Of a stretch of DNA of 61,021 nucleotides, positions 46,324-54,983 are shown piece by piece. This DNA is from a virus (lineage: Duplodnaviria; Caudoviricetes). The notes below the pieces were generated by a model. The model made no database searches and was not told the origin of the DNA. It saw nothing but the letters and a program-made list of their open reading frames with translations. The stretch's first letter is position 1; each line of letters starts with the position of its first letter. The stretch is from positions 1-61,021 of the IMG/VR virus record IMGVR_UViG_3300007276_000003; one strand, given 5' to 3'. The translations under genes and the position numbers were made by a program.

Positions 46324-47904
46324 TTAATTATTATCTTCATAAGTTCGTGCCATTGTTATAATAGCATTAGTTGATAGCAATGTTATTGCAACCGATACTG
46401 CATTCTGAAGTGCTGACCTTGTAACTTTCAATGGGTCTATAATACCCATCTCATACATATCACCATACTCATCATTCTTTACGTCATACCCTGCGTTAGC
46501 AGGGTCGGTTATTTTAAATTCGTATCCTTCATAATCTTTACCTGCATTTTTCCAAATTTGTTTTAATGGAGATTGTAAAGCTTGTTTTAGAATTTGTTTA
46601 GATACCGTAGAATCATCCAACTCCATTGATTCTCTTAATAAAGCAAGACCACCTCCGGGAATAATACCTTCTTCTAAGGCTGAACGTACTGCACAGACTG
46701 CATCATCAACACGGTCATACAGTTCCTTCTGTTCCAAATCTGTGTTACCCCCGACAAAGATGACCCCTACACCACCTTTGAGAGAGGCAATCCTGCTAAG
46801 TATAAATTCCTTGTCTTCTTTTTTAGTTGCATTTTTATGAGCATCTTGAAGTTCCTTAATTCTATTTTTAATTTCTTCTGAATCTTTGGTATTTTTTATG
46901 ATGACAGATGAGTCACGACCAACTATCACCTTGGAGCAATGACCCAAATCGTTTACTGTCATCAATGACAAATCATCTCCTGTCTTCTCACTAAAGTAAG
47001 TAGCACCCACACTAACTGCAATATCTTGCATTAGTTCGTGTTGCTTGTATCCAAAGTTTGGTGGAGGAACCACACAAATCTTTAGACTGTTCTTCATTAC
47101 ATTAGCTGCAAGAGTATTGACTACGTTAGTAGACGTTGGTGCAATAATTAAAAGCTTTTTGTTTTCCTGTATAACAGGTTTTAAAACTGCTTCTATATTT
47201 AAAATGTTTTCTATTGGAGCATCACTAACTAATATGTGACAGTCTTCCAATATACATTCATCTTTCTTTTGGTTGTTTACAAACAATGGACTTAGGTATC
47301 CTCTGTCTACTTTTAATCCATTTGTATAATCATAATATGTTTCTGAAGTTTCAGATTTGTCAACTGCTACGATACCGTGCTTTCCTACCTTCTTATAAAC
47401 CTCAGCAATAATAGAACCGAGCACCTCATCATTATTTGCTGATATTGTGGCTACGTCTTTCAACACCTTAGTAGAAACTTTCTTGGCTTTAGCCTTCAGG
47501 TTAGAAACAATCAGATTGGTATCCTCTACCAAATCTCTCAAGACTTGAGTTTTGTTTTCTTTAATATACTCTGTTCCTGCTTCAACTAATGCTTCAGTTA
47601 AAACAATTGCAGTTGTAGTTCCATCACCGGCATTAGATGCAGTACGTTCTGCAGCCTCTTTCATAATACGAACTGCTAAGTGTTCTGTTGGGTCTAGCAA
47701 CGAAACAGACTTAGCAACTGTCACTCCATCTTTGGTGACTGTTATTCCGTGTGTGTGTTGTGGTGATTCTATTAATACAGTTTGACCTGATGGTCCAAGT
47801 GTGGACTTAACTGCTTTGGCTATTTTTTCGATTCCTTTGAAAAGCTTATCTCTGCCCTCTTGGTCGAACAATAGATTCTTAGGGGTGTATCCTAGTTCTG
47901 ACAT
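46324..47904 (-). CDS. groEL: Chaperonin GroEL (Cpn60)
   Basis: TLGP, TKDGVTVA, AGDGTTT, GIIPGGG, GIIDPLKVTRSAL. Confidence 0.97.
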   Translation of the reverse strand: MSELGYTPKNLLFDQEGRDKLFKGIEKIAKAVKSTLGPSGQTVLIESPQHTHGITVTKDGVTVAKSVSLLDPTEHLAVRIMKEAAERTASNAGDGTTTAIVLTEALVEAGTEYIKENKTQVLRDLVEDTNLIVSNLKAKAKKVSTKVLKDVATISANNDEVLGSIIAEVYKKVGKHGIVAVDKSETSETYYDYTNGLKVDRGYLSPLFVNNQKKDECILEDCHILVSDAPIENILNIEAVLKPVIQENKKLLIIAPTSTNVVNTLAANVMKNSLKICVVPPPNFGYKQHELMQDIAVSVGATYFSEKTGDDLSLMTVNDLGHCSKVIVGRDSSVIIKNTKDSEEIKNRIKELQDAHKNATKKEDKEFILSRIASLKGGVGVIFVGGNTDLEQKELYDRVDDAVCAVRSALEEGIIPGGGLALLRESMELDDSTVSKQILKQALQSPLKQIWKNAGKDYEGYEFKITDPANAGYDVKNDEYGDMYEMGIIDPLKVTRSALQNAVSVAITLLSTNAIITMARTYEDNN

Positions 47905-47926
47905 ATTATAATAAATTTAATTTAGT

Positions 47927-47934
47927 CAAAGATA
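47927..47934 (-). promoter_or_regulatory. Bacteroidota-type -7 element
   Basis: TATCTTTG upstream of groEL. Confidence 0.6.
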
Positions 47935-48008
47935 CGAATTTATTTTATCTTAGCACTATCACTCTTTATGTTTAACTTTCGTCTAATTCCGTTTTATTGT
48001 TCTCTATA

Positions 48009-48032
48009 TAGTAGTAGTAGTAGTAGTAGTAG
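48009..48032. repeat. (TAG)8 microsatellite
   Basis: Eight perfect trinucleotide units. Confidence 0.9.
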
Positions 48033-48065
48033 AAATAAAATTAACCCTTGTAATTTTGGATTTAA

Positions 48066-48176
48066 AATCGACATAATCGACATAGTATTGATTATCAATA
48101 AGTTAGCTTTTAATAATCGACATATAATTGTCATAGAAACGACATAAGTAAAAAAAATAATATTAATATTGACATA
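48066..48176 (+). repeat. Iteron-like array A (AATCGACATA units)
   Basis: Three perfect and three degenerate copies around TGATTATCAATAAGTTA. Confidence 0.75.
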
Positions 48177-48177
48177 T

Positions 48178-48251
48178 GCACCTATAGCTTAATTGGATAA
48201 AGCAACTGCCTTCTAAGCAGTAGAGTCTAGGTTCGAGTCCTAGTAGGTGTA
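48178..48251 (+). tRNA. tRNA-Arg(UCU)
   Basis: Acceptor GCACCTA/TAGGTGT, anticodon arm ACTGC-CTTCTAA-GCAGT, T-loop GGTTCGAGTCC; CCA not encoded. Confidence 0.93.
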
Positions 48252-48252
48252 C

Positions 48253-48281
48253 AAAAAAAAAGAGGAACACTAAGTTCCTCT
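48253..48281 (-). terminator. Rho-independent terminator
   Basis: AGAGGAAC/GTTCCTCT stem with an A-run. Confidence 0.65.
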
Positions 48282-48308
48282 CCTTCCAATCAATCAAATC
48301 AAAATCAA

Positions 48309-48536
48309 CTACATTCTGTAGAAGTTCTTTCGACCTTCTGCAAGGTCAATACCGTCTGCATACATATCTACTTTCTTTGCTCTTCGCATAGACTTGCGTA
48401 GCATAGCTGCTTGTTCTATTCCTGAGATACCATCGGGTCTGTCATTAATGAGTCTACCTTTCTCAACTCTTAATCCACCCATACTTTGAAATTTCATATT
48501 CATTTTCATATCTATTGCTTTTGAACAAAGATACAA
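48309..48536 (-). CDS. Hypothetical protein (true start probably near 48510)
   Basis: ORF followed by a terminator; TATCTTTG at 48526-48533 lies upstream of the internal ATG. Confidence 0.6.
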   Translation of the reverse strand: MYLCSKAIDMKMNMKFQSMGGLRVEKGRLINDRPDGISGIEQAAMLRKSMRRAKKVDMYADGIDLAEGRKNFYRM

Positions 48537-48942
48537 AAATTTTTTAGATGTCTATAGTATTTAGGTTATATGACGTTGTACGCAATGTACCCCCTATCCG
48601 AAAGTGATATTTTTTTTGTCTGACAATTTGATTTTGAAATCTGCCGTTGGACTTTTTTAGCTTTTTTCTAGCAGGGTAGTACTGCTAACCTGTTAGCTAT
48701 TGTGATGTTGACAGGACTGCCTACCTGCAGTCCTTTCATCTGTCGTTATCCTGTCCTTATCTGACCTTCCCCTACCCCCACACCCCCACATCCCCAACTA
48801 AACTTCAATCAAACAGAGAGAGATTGAAGGTAGCCTCAGCAGGGTTGTAAGATTGGGTAAACAATTCAACGTAATTTAGACTGATGTAACTTACTGATAC
48901 TCAGCGAGTTTAAAACTAAAATGAAAAAAAACTAAAAAAATG

Positions 48943-48973
48943 TTTGGTAGTTAAAAGAATTAGACTAAATTTG
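48943..48973 (+). promoter_or_regulatory. Early promoter (-33 TTTG, -7 TAAATTTG)
   Basis: Bacteroidota consensus with a 19-nt spacer, upstream of the ardC-like gene. Confidence 0.8.
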
Positions 48974-49003
48974 TACCTGAATTATTAATTAAATATATAT
49001 CAA

Positions 49004-49936
49004 ATGAAAAATCAAAATGACATTTACTCTAGGATTAATGACCTAGTAATCGAGGGACTAACCAAGGAAGGTATGCAATGGTTCAAGCCTTGGAAAGGTG
49101 GACAAGAGAACGCACCTTTTAACCTGCACACTAAGAGATATTACAACGGGTTTAACATCTTTATGTTGAACTTTGTAATGAGAAGCGAAGGTTACGAGCA
49201 TAACCAATGGATGACCTTTAAGCAAATCTCTGAGAAGGGTGGCAAGGTTATCAAAGGTAGCAAGTCAACAGAAGTTTACTTTTGGCAGATAGGTTACTTC
49301 GACAACAAGACAGGTAAATTTGTTCCTGCTAAACTTATCAAGACTATTAATGTTTCAGAGCAATTTGAAGGTAAGGATAGATACAGAAAAACATTTTCTG
49401 TAAGGTTTTACAAAGTGTTCAACGTAGCACAGACTGAAGGCATTGAGCCAATGGTTAAAGAAGAGGTTGTAACTGATGTAGTTAATGAGCCTAATGAAGT
49501 TGCTGAGGCTCTAGTAAAAAGCTATGTAGAAAAGCAAAACGGATTTAAGATTATGCACAGAGAGAACTCTGCATACTACTCACCTACTAGAGATATAGTT
49601 AATATGCCAATGCTAGAAACATTTGTTGATGCTGATAGCTACTACAAGACTTTGTTTCACGAGTTAGCACATAGTACAGGTCACAAGTCAAGATTGAATC
49701 GTAAGTCAATGACTGAGATTTCACATTGGGGTGACAATACCTATGCTAAGGAAGAGTTAGTTGCTGAGATTAGTTCTTGGTACTTAGTCGGTCTGTTAGG
49801 ACTTAATCCACAGGACAATGAAGTTAACTCTCAAGCCTATATCAAAGGGTGGTGCAAGAGTCTTAAAGATAAGCCTAGCGAATGTGTGTTTGCTATGCAA
49901 CAAGCAACCAAGGTTGTAGACTACCTTCAGCAGTAG
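49004..49936 (+). CDS. ardC: ArdC-like antirestriction protein (ssDNA-binding domain plus zincin metallopeptidase)
   Basis: WFKPW, YNGFN, WMTFKQ, VFNVAQ, AYYSP, HELAHSTGH, YAKEELVAE. Confidence 0.9.
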   Translation: MKNQNDIYSRINDLVIEGLTKEGMQWFKPWKGGQENAPFNLHTKRYYNGFNIFMLNFVMRSEGYEHNQWMTFKQISEKGGKVIKGSKSTEVYFWQIGYFDNKTGKFVPAKLIKTINVSEQFEGKDRYRKTFSVRFYKVFNVAQTEGIEPMVKEEVVTDVVNEPNEVAEALVKSYVEKQNGFKIMHRENSAYYSPTRDIVNMPMLETFVDADSYYKTLFHELAHSTGHKSRLNRKSMTEISHWGDNTYAKEELVAEISSWYLVGLLGLNPQDNEVNSQAYIKGWCKSLKDKPSECVFAMQQATKVVDYLQQ

Positions 49937-49952
49937 TCTTAACCGACACCAA

Positions 49953-50014
49953 CACCAACCTCACTTCAGCAACGGAGTGGGGATTTGGTGGTAGATAACA
50001 ATTATTAATTAAAT
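49953..50014 (+). promoter_or_regulatory. Leader hairpin plus AT-rich translation initiation region, copy 1
   Basis: CACCAA-CCTCACTTC...GGAGTGGGG-ATTTGGTG, then AACAATTATTAATTAAAT. Confidence 0.55.
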
Positions 50015-50023
50015 CAATTTAAA

Positions 50024-51172
50024 ATGACAAAATCAAATTTAACATTCCAAGATATAGATTGGAAAAACCATTCTGCTCTTGGTGAGCAGGGTGTTCAAGG
50101 TACGTTGACCATTGGTCAATATGAACTATCAGTTGTAGCAGGTGAAGGTCTGTATTCAACTGCAGGTAAGGAGAGTTTCTACAAGCCTTGTAGAGCAGGT
50201 TATTATATCTCATTTGAGGTGGCAGTCTTTCAAGATGTTACTGAAGGTGAAGGTCAAGAGTTTACCAATAAGTTTTTCTATGGTGATTTTGAAACCAATG
50301 ATAATGTTTTAGGATGGCAAAGTAAGTGGCAAATCAATAACCTAATCAAACGCATTGAGGACTCATTGAAGACTGTTAAAATAGACTTCAATAATTCATA
50401 TGAACAAGAAGAGGTTACTGATGAGTTCAAAGAGAAATGGGTAGACATAGAGCCATTGGATACCAACAACAATCTTAAAACTATAAAAGAAATAGCTGAG
50501 TCAGGTAAAAAGATTAACCAAGAACAAGACCTTAAATATCAAGAATTTGTTAATGCAGGTTGGACTGAGGGTGATAATCTAAAGCTAGAAAAAGATTGGA
50601 GAGAAACAGAACATAGTTTTATAATAGGTGACACTAAGTATATTATTACTGTTCATAGTGAAGATGTTTATGTTAAAGTTAAATTCCTCAAGTACAAGAA
50701 TAGTTATGATGTTGAAACACCATATTTAAAATGGGTATGGACTTCACCTACTGATGCTTATGGTAGTGGTTGGAGAAGTTCTAAGAACGGCAAGTATACT
50801 AGCTATTCAATTGTTGGTAGTGAAAGACAATACTCAGCCAAAGGATTACTTAAAAAGGTTGCTGAGGTAAACAAAGAAAGCCAATGGAACTTTGATGCAT
50901 ACATCAAACAAAGACAAGCATTTAACAAGGCTAAGGAGTTGTTGCAAGAGAAGTATCCAAAAGCAACTGTAAAGAAAGGTTATACAAGATATGACCACAC
51001 CTTCAGAAAGATAGACTTAGTGTTTAAATCAGGAAGTACCTTACATTTTTATGTATGTGACTATGGAGATACTCTGCTTAAATTAGATAAGGTTATCGAC
51101 ACACAAAAATTAACCTATGACAATTGGGAAGGTTGGGCAGACAGATTTAATAATCAAAAAGGAAAAGTATGA
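50024..51172 (+). CDS. Hypothetical early protein
   Basis: 382-aa ORF. Confidence 0.65.
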   Translation: MTKSNLTFQDIDWKNHSALGEQGVQGTLTIGQYELSVVAGEGLYSTAGKESFYKPCRAGYYISFEVAVFQDVTEGEGQEFTNKFFYGDFETNDNVLGWQSKWQINNLIKRIEDSLKTVKIDFNNSYEQEEVTDEFKEKWVDIEPLDTNNNLKTIKEIAESGKKINQEQDLKYQEFVNAGWTEGDNLKLEKDWRETEHSFIIGDTKYIITVHSEDVYVKVKFLKYKNSYDVETPYLKWVWTSPTDAYGSGWRSSKNGKYTSYSIVGSERQYSAKGLLKKVAEVNKESQWNFDAYIKQRQAFNKAKELLQEKYPKATVKKGYTRYDHTFRKIDLVFKSGSTLHFYVCDYGDTLLKLDKVIDTQKLTYDNWEGWADRFNNQKGKV

Positions 51173-51723
51173 AGACAGTAGTAGCTAAACTAATCCTTGG
51201 AGTTCCTGTAACTCTAGGGATTGGTATGGCTTTCGGATTGAAAGACCATACCCCTGTGAGTGAGCAGAAACAAATCATAGAACAAGTCGTAGATAGTCTA
51301 GAGCAAACAAAGGATACCATACCTATAATTAAATACAGGACTCTGAATTGGGATGACTTTTTAGAAACTATAATATGGGTAGAAAGCAGAGGTCAAGACT
51401 CAGCATATAATCCTGAAGAAAATGCAGTAGGAGTTTTACAAATCAGACCGATTATGGTTAGAGAAGTAAACAGAGTTTTAAGAAAGCATAAGTCTGATTT
51501 AAGATTTACTTTGGAAGATAGATGGGACAGACAAAAGTCAATTGATATGTTTGAAATAATGGCTGAAGAAGTTTACTGTTGTATCGGTATATCATTTAGA
51601 GAGTATTGTGAAGTCGTTGCAAGAAAATGGAATGGTGGTGGTCGTGGTCACAAAAAGAAAGCCACGTTAGAATATTGGCAGAGGATAGAAAATAAAATGA
51701 ATCAAATAAATTTGGAATTGTAA
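51169..51723 (+). CDS. Membrane-anchored lysozyme-fold/transglycosylase-like protein
   Basis: N-terminal TM helix; IIWVES, AVGVLQI, WNGG. Confidence 0.7.
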   Translation: MKTVVAKLILGVPVTLGIGMAFGLKDHTPVSEQKQIIEQVVDSLEQTKDTIPIIKYRTLNWDDFLETIIWVESRGQDSAYNPEENAVGVLQIRPIMVREVNRVLRKHKSDLRFTLEDRWDRQKSIDMFEIMAEEVYCCIGISFREYCEVVARKWNGGGRGHKKKATLEYWQRIENKMNQINLEL

Positions 51724-51742
51724 AAGATTTAGACTATATTTG
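51711..51742 (+). promoter_or_regulatory. Early promoter (-33 TTTG, -7 TATATTTG)
   Basis: 20-nt spacer; near-copy of the 48943 promoter. Confidence 0.8.
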
Positions 51743-51805
51743 TACCAAGTTATTAAGAAACACTAGGTAATAATTAATAATTCATTGTGGGTGACCTAGC
51801 ATCCC

Positions 51806-51866
51806 CACCAAGCTGACCTTGAGATAGTGGTCGGCTTTTGGTGGTGAAAACAATTATTAATTAAAT
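51806..51866 (+). promoter_or_regulatory. Leader hairpin plus AT-rich translation initiation region, copy 2
   Basis: CACCAA-GCTGACC...GGTCGGC-TTTTGGTG, then AACAATTATTAATTAAAT. Confidence 0.55.
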
Positions 51867-51874
51867 TAAATCAA

Positions 51875-52096
51875 ATGAAAAAATCAATTTTAATTATTCA
51901 AAAGAGTCTAATGACTTTAACCTCATTGTTCGTGTGGACAATGATAGTCCGATTATTAATTCACATTTTAACGAATGATATAACCTTGTCTGTAGCAAGT
52001 GTTGTGTCCTTTACTATTGTTAGTTTGTTTGTAGGTTTCTTAATCTATGCATCAGCTAGTTTATTGTTAGAAGTGTTAAAATCTAAAGAACTTTAA
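51875..52096 (+). CDS. Small two-TM membrane protein
   Basis: Two hydrophobic helices. Confidence 0.6.
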   Translation: MKKSILIIQKSLMTLTSLFVWTMIVRLLIHILTNDITLSVASVVSFTIVSLFVGFLIYASASLLLEVLKSKEL

Positions 52097-52098
52097 TT

Positions 52099-52434
52099 AT
52101 GGGATATAGAAGTCAAGTTTACGTTGGAGTTCCACCAACAAAAGGTAAAGAGTTAGAAAGTTTTGAGTGGGAGTATGGAACAACACACAAATCCACCTCA
52201 ACCTTTCTAGATTTATTCAAACCTGTCAAAAGAAATTCTGATGAGGGAATGTATATCTATATGGGTGATTGGCTCAAGTGGTATGAAGGATACAAAGATG
52301 TTGATGCTATCACAAATTTTGTAGAAGAGTGTGAAGGTTTTATTGTAGCCATTGGTGAAGATGAAGCTATTCATTCAGCAACAGGAGAATACTACGAGTA
52401 CATTGATATAAGAACGCAAGTAGATATATTATGA
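52099..52434 (+). CDS. Hypothetical protein (MGYRS...KWY type)
   Basis: ORF in the early operon. Confidence 0.65.
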   Translation: MGYRSQVYVGVPPTKGKELESFEWEYGTTHKSTSTFLDLFKPVKRNSDEGMYIYMGDWLKWYEGYKDVDAITNFVEECEGFIVAIGEDEAIHSATGEYYEYIDIRTQVDIL

Positions 52435-52997
52435 GTTATAAAGTCACATTAGAATTTCAAACAGGTAGACCATCCTACGGCAATAGCCGTGGGACTTGGT
52501 CAATGACTAAAGAGTTTAACGACCTTAAACATTGCGATAACTTTATTAAATATATAGAGAGAACAAAAAGCTATATGCTTGATGAAGTATTTTATGAAGG
52601 TGGCTATCCTTTCAAAGAAGGAGATGACTATTGGGTAATTGAAGACAACACAATTGTGTGGTCGTGTTGGGATGAAATCTCAGAGCAGTTATTTGATAAG
52701 AATAGAATCTACTTTACATCCTTCAATGATGCTGAGAAATACGCAGAAGGAATGAAGAACGTAAAGGTTATAAGTCTAGGAGAAAAGTTTTATTACAAGG
52801 CAGTTAGAGTTCCTGACTTTGATATGGTGGGTTGTCCACAGTATGGAGAAACACCATACGGAGTATGTCTTGATGTATACCACGAGAACGGAGAGTTCTG
52901 TGAGAGTGGTCACGATTGGTCATACTTCAGCACAGAAGCTGAAGCTGAGGAGTATGTAAATAAATTTAATAATAAATATAAAAAATCAATTCAATGA
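52431..52997 (+). CDS. Hypothetical protein
   Basis: ATGA start/stop overlaps. Confidence 0.6.
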   Translation: MSYKVTLEFQTGRPSYGNSRGTWSMTKEFNDLKHCDNFIKYIERTKSYMLDEVFYEGGYPFKEGDDYWVIEDNTIVWSCWDEISEQLFDKNRIYFTSFNDAEKYAEGMKNVKVISLGEKFYYKAVRVPDFDMVGCPQYGETPYGVCLDVYHENGEFCESGHDWSYFSTEAEAEEYVNKFNNKYKKSIQ

Positions 52998-53455
52998 AAA
53001 AAATAGATATTGAAAGTGCCAAGGCTTTTATGGAAGCTAGAAAGTTCAAGACAAGTAATACAGAGGTTGTGGTACTGCCTAACGTAACTGTATTAAAGCT
53101 ATTCGGAAATGAAATAGCATATAGATATAATTGTCCTGATAAAATTTTATCAATCACAAATTGTGGTTGGAAAACTAAGACAACTAAATCAAGATTAAAC
53201 GCAATACTAATACACTATGATAGTGTTATATTTCAAAGACAAAAAAAGTGGTACTTAAATCTTGGTGATTCAGAGTTTGAATGGGATGGAGAATTAATTG
53301 ATGTTAATATGCTACAAAACAAATATATTTGTGGTAGTTGTGGCGAGTATACCAATCAATATGTTTACTCTGAACAAAGAGATATAGATGAATGTCCAAC
53401 CTGTTACGATATAAACTCTCAGATGTTTATTGGCTCAACAAAAAAAGCAATGTAA
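52994..53455 (+). CDS. Hypothetical protein with a C-terminal Zn-ribbon
   Basis: GWKTKTTKSRLNA; CGSC...CPTC. Confidence 0.6.
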   Translation: MKKIDIESAKAFMEARKFKTSNTEVVVLPNVTVLKLFGNEIAYRYNCPDKILSITNCGWKTKTTKSRLNAILIHYDSVIFQRQKKWYLNLGDSEFEWDGELIDVNMLQNKYICGSCGEYTNQYVYSEQRDIDECPTCYDINSQMFIGSTKKAM

Positions 53456-53456
53456 T

Positions 53457-53726
53457 ATGATAACAATTAAGCAACTTAAAAGCATAGCATTTGATATAAA
53501 GTCAGATGATTCTTGGGTGAATGATAGTCATTCAAGTGCAGAGTATAAAGGAATCTGTGATGGATTGAATAGATTAATTAATCACCTTGAAGAAATTGAA
53601 TGTGAAGAATGTAAGAAAGATGAAACCGAATGGTTGAATAATTTTGCTGATTATATTCAAGACATTAAGCCTAATATATATAATGAAGCCTGTGAATACG
53701 CAGATAAACTTGAAGAAGATGAGTAA
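53457..53726 (+). CDS. Hypothetical protein
   Basis: ORF, using the ATG at 53457. Confidence 0.55.
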   Translation: MITIKQLKSIAFDIKSDDSWVNDSHSSAEYKGICDGLNRLINHLEEIECEECKKDETEWLNNFADYIQDIKPNIYNEACEYADKLEEDE

Positions 53727-54024
53727 AATATATATAACAAAGAAAGATAAATTCGTTTGGTTAGATGTAACCAAAAGATGTAAGTCATCAATGACTACAC
53801 TAGAACTAAATCAAGCACACGAATTGTACGCAGTTAATCCTGATGATGTTGACTACTTGATTGAGGATACCGATATGATACCAACTCTAATTAAACAGGG
53901 TTGTAGAATATGTATTGAGGTGGGACATCTTCCAAAAGAATATAAACCAAAGAACTCTTGGAAGGATACAGACAAAGAACTTATCAATGGATATTGGTAT
54001 GTGAAAATGGCTGATATTAATTAG
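53719..54024 (+). CDS. Hypothetical protein
   Basis: ORF, using the ATG at 53719. Confidence 0.55.
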   Translation: MSKIYITKKDKFVWLDVTKRCKSSMTTLELNQAHELYAVNPDDVDYLIEDTDMIPTLIKQGCRICIEVGHLPKEYKPKNSWKDTDKELINGYWYVKMADIN

Positions 54025-54074
54025 GTTAAGTCTAATTAAATTATTATTTTAGTATAAATTAAAAACACAATTAA

Positions 54075-54449
54075 ATGAAAAATTTATTGCACATTCAACG
54101 TGAACATTTGCTTTCACTAAAACTAGACAAAGGCTCTGATAATAAAGAAGCCATTCAAAAAATTCAACAAGCATACGATAACAATACTTATGGTGCTAAA
54201 GAATACAAAACCACAAGAATCAAACTAAAGAGGGATGAGTTCCTTGAAAGGTTTGCTAACCCACCATCACTACATAAAGATTGTATTGAAATATATACAT
54301 ACTTAGGTGGGATGTTCATCCAAGTAATTAAGGATGGGAAAGAAAAGAAACATTGTTGGGATAATGGTGATGACAATTCAAAAACTATGAAGTCACTAGC
54401 ATCATTAGAAAAACATATGTGTGAAGTAATCTTTGATAGTTCTTATTAA
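54075..54449 (+). CDS. Hypothetical protein
   Basis: ORF with an AT-rich leader. Confidence 0.6.
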   Translation: MKNLLHIQREHLLSLKLDKGSDNKEAIQKIQQAYDNNTYGAKEYKTTRIKLKRDEFLERFANPPSLHKDCIEIYTYLGGMFIQVIKDGKEKKHCWDNGDDNSKTMKSLASLEKHMCEVIFDSSY

Positions 54450-54450
54450 T

Positions 54451-54744
54451 ATGAAAAGTACAGAAGAATTAATCAAGGAAGTTGGCAGAGAAGTAGTGAT
54501 GTTATTACTAGAAAAGAACAAAGCCTATGGTGATACTGCTAATAAACCACCAAAAATATTTTCCAAACTCTCAGCAAAGGAGGGTATATTAGCTAGGATA
54601 GATGACAAATTAAGCAGGATAAAAACTGTAGGTCTGAACGACAAGACAGAAGATACTCTGCTAGATTTAATAGGTTATCTTATTTTATATAGAGTGCAAG
54701 ACAAAAAAGAAATTGCACAAAATTTGGAAAAGAATAAGAAATAA
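54451..54744 (+). CDS. Nucleotide-modification-associated domain protein (DUF1599-like, dNTP pyrophosphatase fold)
   Basis: KNKAYGD...RIDDKLSRI...DTLLDLIGY. Confidence 0.75.
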   Translation: MKSTEELIKEVGREVVMLLLEKNKAYGDTANKPPKIFSKLSAKEGILARIDDKLSRIKTVGLNDKTEDTLLDLIGYLILYRVQDKKEIAQNLEKNKK

Positions 54745-54754
54745 ATTATATTTG
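54723..54754 (+). promoter_or_regulatory. Promoter (-33 TTTG, -7 TATATTTG)
   Basis: 20-nt spacer, upstream of the recombination/replication operon. Confidence 0.75.
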
Positions 54755-54779
54755 CAGTCAATCAATTAAATTAAATTAT

Positions 54780-54983
54780 ATGTCAAAATCAAAAAAAGTT
54801 TTCACGGAGATTCGTGAAAGAGAAGTTCTGCAGGAAGAATTAATGCAGACTTATGAGGCAAAAGAAATTGAATCAGTTTCTGCTTCGCAACGTGAAGTGT
54901 TAAATGAAATCTTTGAGGCTTGGGGAGAAATCTTTGGAGTCAAAGATGTAAAATCAAAATCAAATGAAGACGAAAATTTTTAA
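54780..54983 (+). CDS. Hypothetical protein
   Basis: ORF after the promoter. Confidence 0.55.
   Translation: MSKSKKVFTEIREREVLQEELMQTYEAKEIESVSASQREVLNEIFEAWGEIFGVKDVKSKSNEDENF

Noticed and set aside
48066-48176. Mini CRISPR array
   Set aside because: Units are only about 10 nt with irregular short spacing, and no cas genes are present.
48178-48251. tRNA as an attP site of a temperate phage
   Set aside because: No integrase or repressor module was recognised in the genome.
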